Shown here: positions 1 through 13,288 of the stretch, one piece after another | Numbering within the stretch: the stretch's first letter is position 1 | Layout of the letters: each line of letters begins with the position of its first letter | NCBI GenBank assembly: GCA_038087875.1 | Contig: CM075982.1 | Location: 19,902,001 to 19,966,000 of the forward strand | Length of the DNA stretch: 64,000 bases | DNA from: Malacoraja senta | Taxonomy: Eukaryota | Reading direction: 5' to 3' | Program-made: the position numbers and the translations under genes | The notes under the pieces: model-generated | Told to the model about the DNA's origin: nothing | The model's database searches: none | Seen by the model: only the letters and a program-made list of their open reading frames with translations

Positions 1-77
1 CCACTTCGGCGTGAATGAGAACACGGGGCTGAGCCCCGAGCAAGTGAAGCAGAGCCAGGAGCGCTGGGGCTTCAACG
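1..77 (+). CDS. ATP2A3: SERCA Ca2+-ATPase (ATP2A3-like) coding exon 1, 3' part; start codon lies upstream of the window
   Basis: Frame from base 2 reads HFGVNENTGLSPEQVKQSQERWGFN (SERCA residues ~15-39), followed by a phase-1 donor G|GTGAGC at 78. SERCA identity is secure; the paralog call is less so. Confidence 0.9.
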
Positions 78-764
78 GTGAGCGAGCGAGCGAGCGGACA
101 GGGAGCCGCGGGTGGGTCTGTTAGTCCGCACCCTTGGGTGGCTCCTGAGTGAGAGCCCAGGGTGGGCGGTCGGGCAGAGCACCCGTGGGTGTTTGGCGGC
201 CGGGCGGGAAGTGCACCCGTGGGTGGCGGGCAGTAAATATGTGGACAGTGACTGTGGCTGAGAGAGTGGGCAGGGGCTGTAGGTGGGCGAGTGCATGGCA
301 GGGCGGATTGCCTGCTGGCAGGTGGGCAGATCGTGGGTGGAGGGTGGGCAGAGACCCTTGTGGGTGGGTAGAGTACCTGGTGGGTGGGTAGACTACCTAA
401 GTGCAGTTGGGGGTGAAATGGGTGAACAGCGTGCCGGGGGAGTGGGAGGGTGAGTGGGCAGGGTATGGTGGGCGGGTGGGTGTGAAATGCGATATTGTCT
501 GGAGTCAGTAGGGAAGAATGCCTCGGGAAGGGTGTTATGGTGAAGTGCGAGCTAAAGGGGGAGATGAGGATTGAGGGAACGGGAAACAGTGAGCAAGTGT
601 CGGGGAGAACAGTGCGTGGGGGGAGGAAGGGAGAGTGAAGGGAAAGGACAGTGAGCAAGTGTTTGACAGAGAGATCACCTTTGGGTGTGTGGTAATAGGG
701 AGACACTTGCATGGAACCCCAAACTGGTGCAGGTAGAACACGTCCTGTGGATTAAATCTGCAGG

Positions 765-1404
765 GGGAACTGGAGAAGCTGATTTAAACCGACGACAGAC
801 ACAAAAAGCTGGAGATTCAGTGGGTCAGGCGGCATCTCTTCAGAAAAGAAATAGGTGACGATGCGGGTCGAGACTCCTTGGCAGGACTGCCATATGATGA
901 AAGAGTGGGTCGACTGGGCTTATATTCACTGGAATTTAGAAGAATGAGAGGGGATCTTATAGAAACATAAAACATTCTTAAGGGATTGGACAGGCTAGAT
1001 GCCGGAAAATTGTCCCCGATGTCGGGGGAGTCCAGAACCAGGGGTCACAGTTTAAGAATAAGGGGTAGGCCATTTAGGACTGAGATGAGGAAAAAAACTT
1101 TTCACCCAGAGAATTCCACAGAAGGCAGTGGAGGCCAATTCACTGGATGTTTTCAAGAGAGAGTTCGATATAACTCTTAGGGCTAACGGAATCAAGGAAT
1201 ATGTGGAGAAAACAGGAGCAGGGTACTGATTTTGAATGACCAGCAATGATCATATTGAATGGCGGCGCTGTCTTGAAGGGCCGAATGGCCTACTCCTGCA
1301 CCTATTTTCTATGTGTCTATGTTTAAGACTGAAGAAGGGTCTCGCCCCAAAATGTTTCCTAATCCTTTTCTCCAGAGATGCTGCCTGACCTGCTGAGTTA
1401 CTCC
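765..1404. mobile_element. Palindromic Penelope-like element split by a CR1 insertion
   Basis: Left arm ~765-880 and right arm ~1326-1404 belong to the same family as 15419-15611. Confidence 0.6.
881..1324 (+). mobile_element. CR1 (HER1-like) LINE 3' fragment
   Basis: Encodes the LGLYSLEFRRMRGDLIET-type ORF2 C-terminus; 3' UTR ...GGGCCGAATGGCCTACTCCTGCACCTATTTTCTATG tail. Confidence 0.85.
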
Positions 1405-1782
1405 ACCTCCAGTAGACTAGTGATTTGGACGCCTTCTCTCTCTGCCACAGGGTGGAGGCTATTGGTGAACATGCATTGGCAGGGCAGCAGCCAATGATTT
1501 GCTTACACACCATGGGTATCCTGAACCCCGATCTCTGACGCAACCAGTGAGGAGTTGATTAGATTTGAACTGTGCTTTACTGCAGTCTGTATGTGAGGAA
1601 GAATGAATTAACTTCATGTGAAGATGTTCACATATTCTAAAATTACAACCATTACTTAAAACGTGTTTTGGTTGGAGGCCGTGAAGGTCTCCACAGTATT
1701 CGTAGATTGTACGTAACACCAAGAGTTGTTTGAAGATTACAACATATGGCTGCAAGGAAGGCAGGATTGGAATCCCACAAAA

Positions 1783-2275
1783 ATAGTCTCTTCCCAGAGT
1801 AGGGAATCAAGGACCAGAGAACATAGGTTTAAGGTGAGGGGGGAATGATTTAATAGGAACCTGAGTTCCTATTAAACCTTTTCACACAAAGGGTGGTGGG
1901 TGTATGGAACGAGTTGCCAGGGGAGGTAGTTGAGGCAGGTACTATTGCAACTTTGTCGGTGGAATTATCTGCCTCAGAGGGTGGTGGAGGCAGGTTCTCT
2001 GGATGCTTTCAAGAGAGAGCTAGATAGGGCTCTTAAAAATAGCGGAGTCAGGGGATATGGGGAGAAGGCAGGAACGGGGTACTGATTGGGGATGATCACA
2101 TTGAATGGTGTGCTGGCTCGAAGGACCGAATGGCCTACCCCTGCACCTATTGTTATTTTAAATATTTAGACAGGGACATGGATAGGACATGGTTAGTGGA
2201 CTAGTGTAGATGGGATATTTTGGCCGGTGTGGGCAAGATGGGATGAAGGATCCGTTTCCACGGTGTGAGACTCTA
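1783..2275 (+). mobile_element. Mosaic of CR1 LINE 3' fragments
   Basis: TTCACACAAAGGGTGGTGGGTGTATGGAAC (FTQRVVGVWN) motif and two different CR1 3' UTR types. Confidence 0.75.
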
Positions 2276-2654
2276 AGACTGAAAAGAGTAGCAGTCGGGC
2301 AGAGGAATGTAGTTCAGTCAGGCTTAGGTCATGAATGCCCTTGTGGGTTGTATGAGCATCTGTTTTGGGTCTTGGTTGTATTAATATTCATGCAAAATTA
2401 ATGTTTTGCATGCTCCACTAATTCCACAATTAGCGGCGTAATGTTTGCGACAGGGTGGCAGAGAGGGGCACTGGCCTGTGACCTAATGGTGGAGCAGGCC
2501 GTGTGGTGATGGATTCCCCACTCTGTGACTCTGTACAATGCCATCTGTCGCAGATCTCTGACCCACCGCGCAAACAAAGGCATGAAGCCGGCCAAGCTGC
2601 AAATCACATCAATAAATTACTGCAGAGACCAAACCAGGAAGCAAAAAGTGTATG

Positions 2655-2836
2655 GTGGAACTGCAGATGCTGGTATAAAATGAAGACAAATACAAAAGGC
2701 TGGAGTATTTCAGTGGATCAGGCAGCATCTCTGGAGAATGCTTTTCTTCCCCACATTTTTTTTGTCCATAGAAAAAAAAAATCTCCAGAGATGCTGCCTG
2801 ACCCGCTGAGTTACTCCAGCATTTTGTATCTGTCTT
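2655..2836. mobile_element. Palindromic Penelope-like element
   Basis: Inverted arms GAACTGCAGATGCTGG...GGCAGCATCTCTGGAG and CTCCAGAGATGCTGCC...TTACTCCAGC. Confidence 0.6.
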
Positions 2837-4435
2837 AGGAAGCAAAAAGCATGATTATGATGTACTGATTTGGGAAGTGAATGGCTCATTGGATATCTGA
2901 GAATTAGTTAGCTAAACTACCACATTAAAAAAATAAATTTCATGGTATATACTTTAAAAGTTTATGCAAATTACTTTTCCTGTATTGAACTGTGCAAATG
3001 CAGGTGCCAGTTATTGCTGTTAGCTTTTCACTGTTGACAGCAAGCAAACAGTTTTGTGGTTATTACAGCTTCAAATTCTGGCCAGAGTCTAATATGATTG
3101 AATCGTGTAGCAATTAATTGTGCAGAGCCATCTCCCTCCTCCCTCTATTGTGCAGTAAACATCAAAGCAAGTAATAAATATGAGCATTAATATTTTTGCA
3201 TTGGTTATTTTCTGATGGGCCAGCCTAAATTCAAACTGTTGCTTGAGTATATAAACCGCCCCACAGACATGAGACCGGTTGAGTTTGTTGGGTGACCCTT
3301 CTGAGTGGAGCCACAGGGCCCTTGTGTTGGTTAACCTTCCATTGAACCTGTGGTTCCCTTTAGTCTATGAGCTTTTTCTTGAAAGGAGGCAAAAGAGACT
3401 TGTGCATGTCTGTGTGAAACACCACAGTCGTTTCGACTGCATCTCACTGGGTTTTAATTGAGCCACTGCTGTTGTATTTTATTTTATAGGTATTCTATTT
3501 TATTCCAACTCATAGAATTTAAAAAAAAGTTTTATAGCTTGCTTTAAACGTAAATAATTTGTGTCAAACATCTGCCTTGAATATGTTGAGGAAATGTATA
3601 CATCTGTCTGTGGAATAGACTTGGATTCTCCGAAGGTAGACACAAGATGCTGGAGTGGGACAGGCAGCATCTCTGGAAAGAAGGAATGGGTGACGTTTCG
3701 GGTCGAGACTCTTCTTCAGATTCTCCAAAATGCCCGTGCAGCACAACTGGCGTTAGAAAAACATGTCTAATCTGACATATGTACTGCGTATGATGAGCTA
3801 AATGCTGCACTGTCCACAGAGCTCCCTCTGTCTCCTATTCTGCACCTCCTTCGTTGTAACAGGAATGCTTTTCCTTTGAAGTGCTGGTACAAGTGGATGT
3901 GTTCTTGGTCGACAGACCTGCTGCTGCTGCTGCCGGGTGAACCCGCAGAACAGTCCAAAACAAAGCTTTTGGAAATGAGAGCGCAGTGTGTCGGTGAAGC
4001 AATGTCATCAGCCCAGCAGAGGTTTGCTGTTGCTGCTGCTGACTCCAGTTCACTTTTTATGTTGCTGCTGCTTCACTGCAGAGTGCTGGGGAAGAGAGGG
4101 CCTGAGAGGACTAGTGCAAGGATGCCCAAAAGCAGAAGCACAGATGGATCAGGTGGCTTAGACGGCATAGAGGACACTTGCCTACTTTGGGTAGGATATA
4201 GGAATAGAAGAAAAGTTTCATAAGACATAGGAGCAGTATGAGGCCATTCGGCCCATCGAGTCTTCTCCCCCATCCGATTGTGGCTGATCTATTTTTTCCC
4301 TGTTTAAAAATAAGGAAGTAGCAGTAATTGTTTAAAAATAAGGTGGATCTAACTTAAAAAAGAGATGAGGTATTTCTTTCTCTCTCTGGGGATCTCAATT
4401 CTTTGAAAGTCTTTTCTTCAAATCACAGTGAAAGC

Positions 4436-5265
4436 AGACCATGATACATAGGAGCAGAATGAGGCCATTCGGCCCATCGAGTCTACCCTGCCATTCAATC
4501 ATGGCTGATCTATTTTTCTCTTTCAACCCCAGTCTCTTGCCATATCCCCATAACCATTTGATATCCTTGCAAATCAAGGACCTATAATTCTCCATCTTAA
4601 AATACCCCTTGAGTTGGCCTCCACAACCATCTGTGGCAATGAACTCCATAGATTCACCACCCTTTGGCTCAAGAAATTCCTCCTCATCGCCTGTCTAAAG
4701 GAATGTCCTTTTATTCTGAGGATGTTTCCCCTGCTCCTGGACTCTCGCACTACTGGAGACATCCTCTACACATCCACTCTGCTAGGCCTTTCATTGTACA
4801 ACTATACCGCATTTTGCTTAGGCCACTGCAGGAGTATTGTGAGCATTTGGTCCAACAGGCTGTTGTCTGAAATGGAGCATTCCTGTTCTGAGAGGAGGCT
4901 GGGTTTGTGTTCTTGCAGCAGAGAAGGCAGTCAGGGACCGACCGAGGTATCCAAAATTATGCGGAGCATAAATAAGGTAGAGAATGAGGAACTTTCCCCC
5001 ATGTTGGAGACATATGAAACTATAGGGCATGGGATTTAAGGTGTGGATTAAAGGAGTCTGATTAAACAATGTTTTTACCTGAGGGTGTTTGGAATGTGGA
5101 ATGTGCGTAATGACTGGGTGGTGCAGGCAGGCACTCACAGTATTTAAATGAGCATCTGAATAGAGGGGGGGGCTGAGTGATGATGAATGCGGATGGGTAG
5201 GCTATGGCCAGCATGGATGCGATGGGCTGAAGAGCCTCTTACTCTGGCATGTGACTGACTCTGTG
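4436..5265. mobile_element. Back-to-back CR1 fragments (minus ~4436-4795, older plus ~4796-5265)
   Basis: Minus-strand translation RRNFLSQRVVNLWSSLP and CR1 3' UTRs. Confidence 0.7.
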
Positions 5266-7254
5266 ACGTATTCACAGTAACTGGACTGCAGAGGAATTCC
5301 TGGCTTCAGCTGTTCTACTGAGAAGCCATCAGAAACTGCCATGGATTGAGACTGTAACGGCGATCTCTAGGCTGACGTGCGGGAATATGAAATACAAGTG
5401 TGAGGGAGGATAAGTGGGAATGCAGTGAGCTAGCGGAGCAGAAAATGCGCAGCTCAAGAGATTCCATCATGGTGCTGAGATGAAATGAATCGTCAGCCTG
5501 CTGATAAACAATGCTCTCTGCGTGTTTGCTTTTAGAGGAACATGAAAAGTAGTCTGAAGAGTAGGAAGTAGCATTTGCACTCGAGTACCTGATAGATTGT
5601 GCTCTAAAAGCAAGTTTACTTGCAGCAGGGGGAACACGTGTCAATGTGGAACATATCATATCTAACAAATATATCTAACAAACATCAGATGTTGAAGTTG
5701 CTGGATTTTGTCTGCTTTGTCCCTCTGTTCCCTCTCGCTGTTACAGTGAAGCAGGGAGCGCACATTCGAAGCACTTCACTGGAGCAAAGCGTGTGCAAAA
5801 ATGTGGTAAGAACACAGGCCCCAACAACAAGCTATCTCTTGTTTGGCACCTCCCTCTTTACCGTGCCTGCTTCTAGACGTGGCTGTTAGTTTATGAGCTG
5901 GGTTCAGTAAAAGAGGAAGCCGGGAGTTCACCGGTTGTGAGAGGAGGGGATCTGCTGATAAGACAGTGTCAAGATCAAAGCCAAGTTAAGATTCTCTCTT
6001 CAACTCGCTGAAACCTAGCTGAACGACAATCTGAAAACAAGTAGTTGCTTGAAAATGTTGTACTTGGCGTACGTCTATTAGACGGGGGTATTAAGGAATA
6101 CACGGCCAAGGCAGGTAGATGGAGTACAGTACAGATAGACAGTGATTTAAAGGAAAGGCAAACATATGCTATCAGTGTCTGTGCCTGAAATTTGTTTTAA
6201 CATTGTAACATTGTTAACTGCTTATAAATTCCTCTTCCTGCATTTGAGAACATTTATCTCACCTTTATATTGTTTATTTCAAACATTGGGAACTATCTGA
6301 GGGCTTACATTTAACGTGAAAGGGGCAAAGTTCAAAAGAGAAGGGTGGGGCAGTTTATTTTTTGCATGGTGAATGATGCTTGCCTGGAACACGTGGCCAG
6401 TGGTGGTGGTGGTTTAGTGTGGTATAGGAACAGGCGTGTGTGATTTATTTAATCTGGAAGGCAGCTTATTCTGCCATTCTGTTAATAAGATCACATTGTG
6501 TCAGGACAACAGAATCCAAGGCCCCTTGCAGTGCTCCAGCGAGCAATGTTCAGCAGTTGAGGCCATTCATTATATGCGGATGTGCCTGGCAGTCGCAAAT
6601 GAATATCGAGTGTGTTTTGGGTGCTGCAAGGCAACACAGACAAGGAACTGCACATGCTGGTTTACAAGACAGGTTTTTTTATTGGGTTCCATTCGAGGGC
6701 AGAAAAAAAGCGTTTAAATTAAACTCTGCTGAGATTAACAGCTTTCTTCAATTGAATTTTTGGAGAAGTAGAAATTTCACCGAAGGTGTGATAAGAACCT
6801 GGAAAGTATTTTGGAGTGGGCATTGGTTCGGGAGTCGGGGCAGGCAAACTTCATTATTTTTTCTCTTATCCCATCCTGAATTTAATTGCAGAGAGAGCCA
6901 AGTTGTTAACCCCATTTTCCGCTGATTAAATACAAGTTGCTTAAATCGCGGTGAAAATCCCAGGGAACTGCAGCGTTGTATGTATTGAGGCGTCTTGCAC
7001 AGAACAAGAAGGAACACTAAGAATAGAACCGAATTACTCATAAGTTACTGCTGCTTGGCAACTGTTGTGATAGTGTACTAGCGCATTTTATCAGTGTTAT
7101 ATAATTATTAGTTAAAGAAAGGGTCTCTTTCGAAGTTCATCCTATTATCAGTGTTGCATCTATCTTCTGTTGCTGTTACCCTTCAGCTGTCTCTTCTGCA
7201 TTGCCCATACAACACCACTTATAAGGGGCTGTTAGTATTGGCTAGGCAGTTCGG

Positions 7255-7812
7255 AGAAGAACTGTACAAGAAGGGACATAGCCGGCTGTACTTTTTGAAG
7301 AGGCTCTGTCTGCAGTAAGATGCTGCAGATGTTCTACCAATCGGTGGTGGCCAGTGCCATCTCCTTCGCTGTTGTGTGCTGGGGCAGCAGGGCGAGGGCC
7401 GTGGACGCCAACAGGATTAACACGCTCATCAGGAAGGCTGGCTCCGTCCTGGGGGCGGAGTTGGATTCATGGGAGGTGGTATTGGAGGGGAGGATGCTCC
7501 TCAAACTGTGGAGCATCTTGGACAATATAGTTCACCCCCTCCATGACACACTGGCCAACCTGAGGAGTACCTTCAGCAACACACTGGTTCCACCACGATG
7601 CAGTACAGAATGCCACAGGATTCCCTGTGGCTATCAAACTCTGCAACTCTTCCCCCTTCTGTCGTGAGGTAGACTGAATCCCCTACCCCCACCTTAATCT
7701 TTACACATCCTCAATCCTTTCCGCTCGTCATTTTAATTTCATGTTTCATGTATTTTGTGTTTTATGACTGTTGGCAGATCAATTTCCCTCCTGGGATAAA
7801 TAAAGTTCTATT
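7255..7812 (+). mobile_element. Rex1/Babar-type LINE 3' fragment
   Basis: ORF 7320-7667 (MFYQSVVASAISFAVVCWG...ILDNIVHPLH) matches the Rex1 ORF C-terminus; 3' tail TTTCCCTCCTGGGATAAATAAAGTTCTA. Confidence 0.85.
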
Positions 7813-9384
7813 GTACCGTAGATCCATTAATGAGCACCAATTAACGTTACACTAAGGACGGAGATACTAAGGCATGTGACAGGCTTTCGGGAAGATGGTG
7901 AATGAGGCTGAGGGATTTGGAGCTCCACTAAGAGCAGAGTCAATGGACTAGGTTGCTTTCAATAAGGGGGTGACAAAAGTCAGGGATATGGTGGGGTCCA
8001 TGTCTGGAAGAATGTCAATTTGTGTGCTTGTGGAGATGAGTGGGGTAATGCTGTAGAGGTTAAACTTTAAATTAGACATTTGAATGGACCAGAACCCAAT
8101 GTAGGTCACTGTGGATAAATAGGATCTTGTGCAGTTTTGGAAACTGTAACAATTTTTGTTTGAGCAGAGGTCTGGGAACGGAGGAAGAAGCTTAGTTGGT
8201 CAGATCATTTGGCGATAAAAGTAGATATGCTCGACCTTGGAGCATTCTTCTGTTCAAAATATATTTAGAGAAATACGCAAATCATCCACAAAATTGCTGG
8301 AATGTGGTGATTAGGGCGGGAATAGAGTTTTGCAAAGTGTGTGCGCATTAGCCGGCATGACGGAACATGCTCCATTGATGCCTGCTCCATGGTTGACGTG
8401 ATCCATGTTATTCTGGAGGTGATATAGTACATCCATAAGGCAAATACTGTACCGACCCAGTAATGCCTGACTTAACCCCTGGCGTAAAAGCTCCAGGAAT
8501 ATGATGCAAAAAACAAAATGCTGGAGAAACTCAACAGATCAAAATCTCGCTGAATTCCTCTAACGGTTTGCTTTTGTTTTTGCTCAAGGTTCCCGCATCT
8601 GCAGTTTCTTGTGTCTCCAGTGAAGTAGTGCTGTTCCCCATCACGCAGTGAAAATTCCAAAATGAAGTTTTTACACTGCTGGACTCTGGGGACATTCTGG
8701 AATTAAACTGTCTGCTCTGGAATAGCTGTAATGAATCAGGCTGTGGTCAAATTATGCCCTGTCGGTAACGTTGCCATGGTGGGGAATATTCTGAAACCGC
8801 TTGGGCTGCCATTTCCTCCATCAATCCTTGGCTAACACAAGGAGCCAAGGATGTATGGACCAGGCAAGAAACAAAGCTGATGTGAGCAGATCCAATCGTG
8901 ACGTTCAAATGAAAACAGGAAACGTACCTAACAGGAAAGCGTTGGCAGGGATAGGGGGAGTGGGACTGGCTGGACTGCGAGTGGATGAGGAATAAAATCT
9001 GGCAAGTGATAGGTGGATGTGCGTGAGGGGGGGGTTTGGTTGGCAGATGGGTGGAGTAAGTGACAGGGGCTCGACGGGAAAAAGACAAAGCTGTGTTAGA
9101 TAAGGAGGGAAGAGGAGTGAACTATAAAGCTGAGGGAGGGATATAGGTGGTGGGGATTAGTGTGGTTAGGAACAGGGGTGGAGATAGAGGGAGAAGTGAG
9201 TGCGCACTCCACCTGAGATGAGAGAAGATTGAAGCTATGTATCTGGGGCCTCTGATATTTTTCCCCCTCCCCTTTGCTGCCTTTAATAGTCTGTAGTGTA
9301 TTTCATCCCGACCTGGTGATTTATCAGAAAATAAATTAAATCAGAAAAATGCTCATCTTCCTTATACTTCGACTTTTACCATGT

Positions 9385-9572
9385 GCAGGAAGGAACTGCA
9401 GATGCTGGTTTAAACCGAAGATAGACCCAAAAAACTGGAGTAACTCAGCGGGACAGGCAGCCTCTCTGGAGAGAAGGATGTTCAGAAGGGTCTCGACCCA
9501 AAACGTCACCCATTCCTTTTCTCCAGAGATGCTGCCTGCCCCGCTGGGTTACTCCAGCTTTTTGTGTCTATC
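9385..9572. mobile_element. Palindromic Penelope-like element
   Basis: Inverted arms around a degenerate GAAGGGTCTCGACCCAAAACGTCACC core. Confidence 0.65.
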
Positions 9573-9724
9573 CTCTTTTACCATGTTTAGCTTTTTTCAC
9601 TATTTCACAAGTGTCTGCTTTAACTGCAGTATTAGCATCACCCCATGTTTTGAAGGACAGCCCCAAATTACTCATTGTGGAACTTGCTCTCATTCGTCAC
9701 ATTTATGACTTAATTTAATCCTCA

Positions 9725-10220
9725 TAGTCGTAGAGCCACACAGGCCCTTCGGCCCTACTTGTCCATGCCGACCAACATGCCTCATCTATACTAATCCCAC
9801 CTGCCTTCTGTTGGCCATATCTCTCTAAACCTATCCTATCCATGTATCTGTTCAAATGTTTCTTGAACGTTGTGATCGTAGCTGCCTCAATTACCTCCTC
9901 CGGCAGCTTGTTCCATACACCCACCACTCTTTGTGTGCAAAAGTTACCCCTCGTGTTAAAATAAAATGTTACCCCTCGGGTTCCCATTAAATCTCTTTCC
10001 CCTCACCTTAAACCAATATTCTGTGGTTCTTGATTTCCACTATGGGCAAAAAATGCTGTGCCTTTGTCCATGTAGGAAGGAACTGCCGATGCTGGTTTGC
10101 CTGATGTATTCCTCTCATGATTTTGTACACCTCCATAAGATCACCCCTCAACCTCCTGCGCTCTAAGGAATAAAGCCCTAGCCTGCTCAACCTCTCCCTA
10201 TAGCTCAGGCCCTCGAGGGA
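9725..10220 (-). mobile_element. CR1 LINE 3' fragment
   Basis: Minus ORFs read RLGLYSLERRRLRGDLMEVYKIMRG and TQRVVGVWNKLPEEV. Confidence 0.85.
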
Positions 10221-10867
10221 CTCTCCCCTTGTTCATTACTGAGAGCATATTTGCAATTTTTAAAATCTTTCTCATTGATATTACCTCCCCATGCATGTCT
10301 ATCTGCTCTTTCATTTTAATTTATTACTCGACCTGCATTCTTCCAGTCTTTACCCAATATTAATCTCTCAGTATCATGTATAAGCACTTCTTCTTTTGCC
10401 TCATCTTGCCCTCAGCGCACCAAGAGACTCTTGAATTTGGCTCTCTCACCCTTTCTTGGAACAATGTTTTGCCTGAAACTCTTGATTCTCGTTAAATGCA
10501 GTGGGACTGATTTACCATCTAGTAGCTGTTTCCTGCTCACTTCTTCCAATTCAATTCTCAATACAATAAAATTGGCCATACCCCAAACATGAACTCATGT
10601 TTTATCTGTCTTTTTACATAACTATGTTAAATCTAACAGGATTATGATTCCTACAACACAACTGATATCCTGCACTGCCAGCTTATCTCTGTTTAAAACC
10701 AGTGCTGTACCCCTTGTTGAATTTACTCTATTCTTATCCTCTTACTGTGCCCATATCCCCTTTGATATTGGGGTTATTTGAAAAGCCCCATCATTACTGC
10801 CTCTGTTTTGCAGCTCTTGAATGATTAATTGATACTTTATTGTCACATGTTCCTCTTGTCACATGTA

Positions 10868-11175
10868 GCTCTTCTTAAAACCCATCTCTTCTCCGTGGCC
10901 TTTGATACCCAGTAAGATGTCGACTTTATTTACTTGATTTAATTTCTTTTTTGATTGCTTTTATTGCGTGGCTATTATTTTTACTCATGTTTTATGTCTT
11001 TTAATTTATTGTTGTATTTCATATGTAATTTTTGCGTCTCATGTGAGCTGTTATGTTATGTTCTGTTATGTTGTCTGTTTATGATGTCTTGTTTAGTCTT
11101 CTGTACAGCACTTTGGTCAACATTGGTTGTTTTAAAGTGCTTAACAAATAAAATTGGATTGGATTGGATTGGATT
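10868..11175 (+). mobile_element. L2 LINE 3' end with (GGATT)n tail
   Basis: LLKTHLFSVAFDTQ* at 10871-10915, AT-rich UTR, TGTACAGCACTTTGGTCAAC...AAAGTGCT..CAAATAAA stem-loop, then a pentamer tail. Confidence 0.8.
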
Positions 11176-13069
11176 CTTCTCCAAGAATCCTTTTATGCGT
11201 CAGTCCACCCTCCGCCACCTCCAGTTTAAATTCCATTTGGAATATTTTGGAGGACCAAGAACCTAGGTACAGTGAAATTCCTTGTTTTTGCAGACAATCT
11301 GGTAAAATCATACGGCAGACTTCACTCAGGCATACACAGAGTTGCCACATATCTGGCACGGGATATTTGCCTACGTATCTGTTCTACTGTCTCCCAGTAC
11401 ACACTCAATAGTGTGATTAGCCTTTTTTATTTTATTTATTTCAACATATGCTGTCTTGTTTGACCCTTCACACATCGCTCCTTGTCAAAACTGTCAATGT
11501 TTCTTTGATAAACCTTCCTAATTTGCCTTCTTCTGTATTGCTTCTGAAAAGCCCTGTTTCAGAAGCCCAGTTGGTTAACATCCATTTTCAGACTTTAATT
11601 TGTCTTGCCTTCCAAACCTTCTCCACCTTCCATTTCTGCGCTACCCTCTTCTCTATCCTTGCTGTGTCCCTGCCAACCCTGTGTCAAACACTCCCCAGTG
11701 GCACCAACTAATCCCGTGGTTGAGGGTGTTGGGCCAAGCTGGATCAAGGAGCCACGCATCCTGCTTGTCGAGTTATTATCCCTGGAGGTGTTGGGGGGAA
11801 TCTCAAGGTGTGGTTTAGGTATCCAGTGATGTTCTCAGAGGCAGAGAGATTGCCTCTTTGGAGGGTATTCTTTCAGTGTGTGAACAAAAGAGTGCTTGAC
11901 ATGACCAAGGAAAGAGGAGGCCTTGAACCAATTGCTGCCAAATGGTATTGGTGCAGTGTCGATGGGCATGATGATTCGTTGTGCTTGTTTCTGTGCTCTA
12001 TGACAATTACCTACTGATGTCTCAATGTTATTACAGGGCGGAGCTGACCAGCGGAGTCTGAATTTGATTGTGAGTTAGTTTTCCTTGGGTTGTTTGTAAT
12101 TTCCTTCAACAAAGTAATTTAGCTGTGATTAGGTGGTTAAAAAAGAAACAGCAGTTTTTGCTAATTATTGGGAAAAGCCTGACATTTCTTGGCATGCCTT
12201 GGAGGGGAGTGGCCATTAGTTTTACTGTTGATGGGACCTGGAGTGCAAAGAACCTCCTTGCTGTCACCTGAGCTCATGTTCTCAGGGCTCTCAGCTGAGC
12301 AGGTTGGTAGTGCTTCAAAGCCATGACTTTATTTCCACTGGAGCTGAATATCTGGAGAAAGCCGCTCACTGGTATCCACGCTCTTGGAGGAGTGGGTGAG
12401 TGACCACATGGAGATGGAGATCAGTCACAGACAAAGGGCCTCTTCCCGGCAACCACCGTTATGTAGATCCTGACGATTACTCTGAGCACACTGGTGTCCA
12501 CACTCTTGGGGAGTGGGTGGGTGAGTCACCACTCTGAGGTGGAGGTCCGTCACAGAGGATGAGCCTCTTCCCATCTCCACCATTTTGTAGATCCTGACTA
12601 TCCCCACCTTCAGTAACCTCGAATCATACCTTGTAAGCAATCATCTCAGCATTGATTGTGCCTTGTGCGATGATTATTGGGTTATTATTAATGTCAATTA
12701 CTGAGATAGAGTGGAAAAACTTTACTTAAGTGCTATCCAGTCAAATCATCCTACACGTACTATACATACCTCTTGACACTCCATTGCTTTTTCACCATTA
12801 ATAAGACATGGGTTCAGCAGTGTGATGGGGTATTTTCTTGCCTGGACAAGTGCAGCTTCAAGAAGCTCAATGCTGTCCTGGCCAAAGCAGCCCAGAAGGA
12901 CATTGGGTACGTGGGAATGCCAGCACAATCAGCTTCCCATCAAATTGTTCACCATGCCTTTTGGAAGTATCTCGGAGTTAACAGGGTACTTTTATTCAAG
13001 TGTGCTCGGGGTGGGGAAGAGCAGAAGCCATGTTTTCCACAAGTGCTCCATCAGTATATTAATAGTGAC

Positions 13070-13288
13070 GATAGACAGAAAATGCTGGAGTAACTCAACG
13101 GGTCAGGCAGCATCTCTGGAGTAAAGGAATAGGTGATGTCTCGGGTTGAGGCCCTTCAGGCCTAAAGAGGGGTCTCGACCCAAAACGTCACCTATTCCTT
13201 TTCACCAAGAAGCTGCCTAACCCACCGAGTTACTCCAGCATTTTGTCTACCTTCGGTATAAACCAGCATCTGCAGTTCCTTCCCACAC
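13070..13288. mobile_element. Palindromic Penelope-like element
   Basis: Inverted arms ending ACCAGCATCTGCAGTTCCTTCCCACAC. Confidence 0.65.

Noticed and set aside
12037-12069. Possible 33-nt poison exon (tacAG...GTGAGT, in-frame TGA)
   Set aside because: Weak pyrimidine tract; such matches are expected by chance in a 30-kb intron, and there is no transcript evidence.
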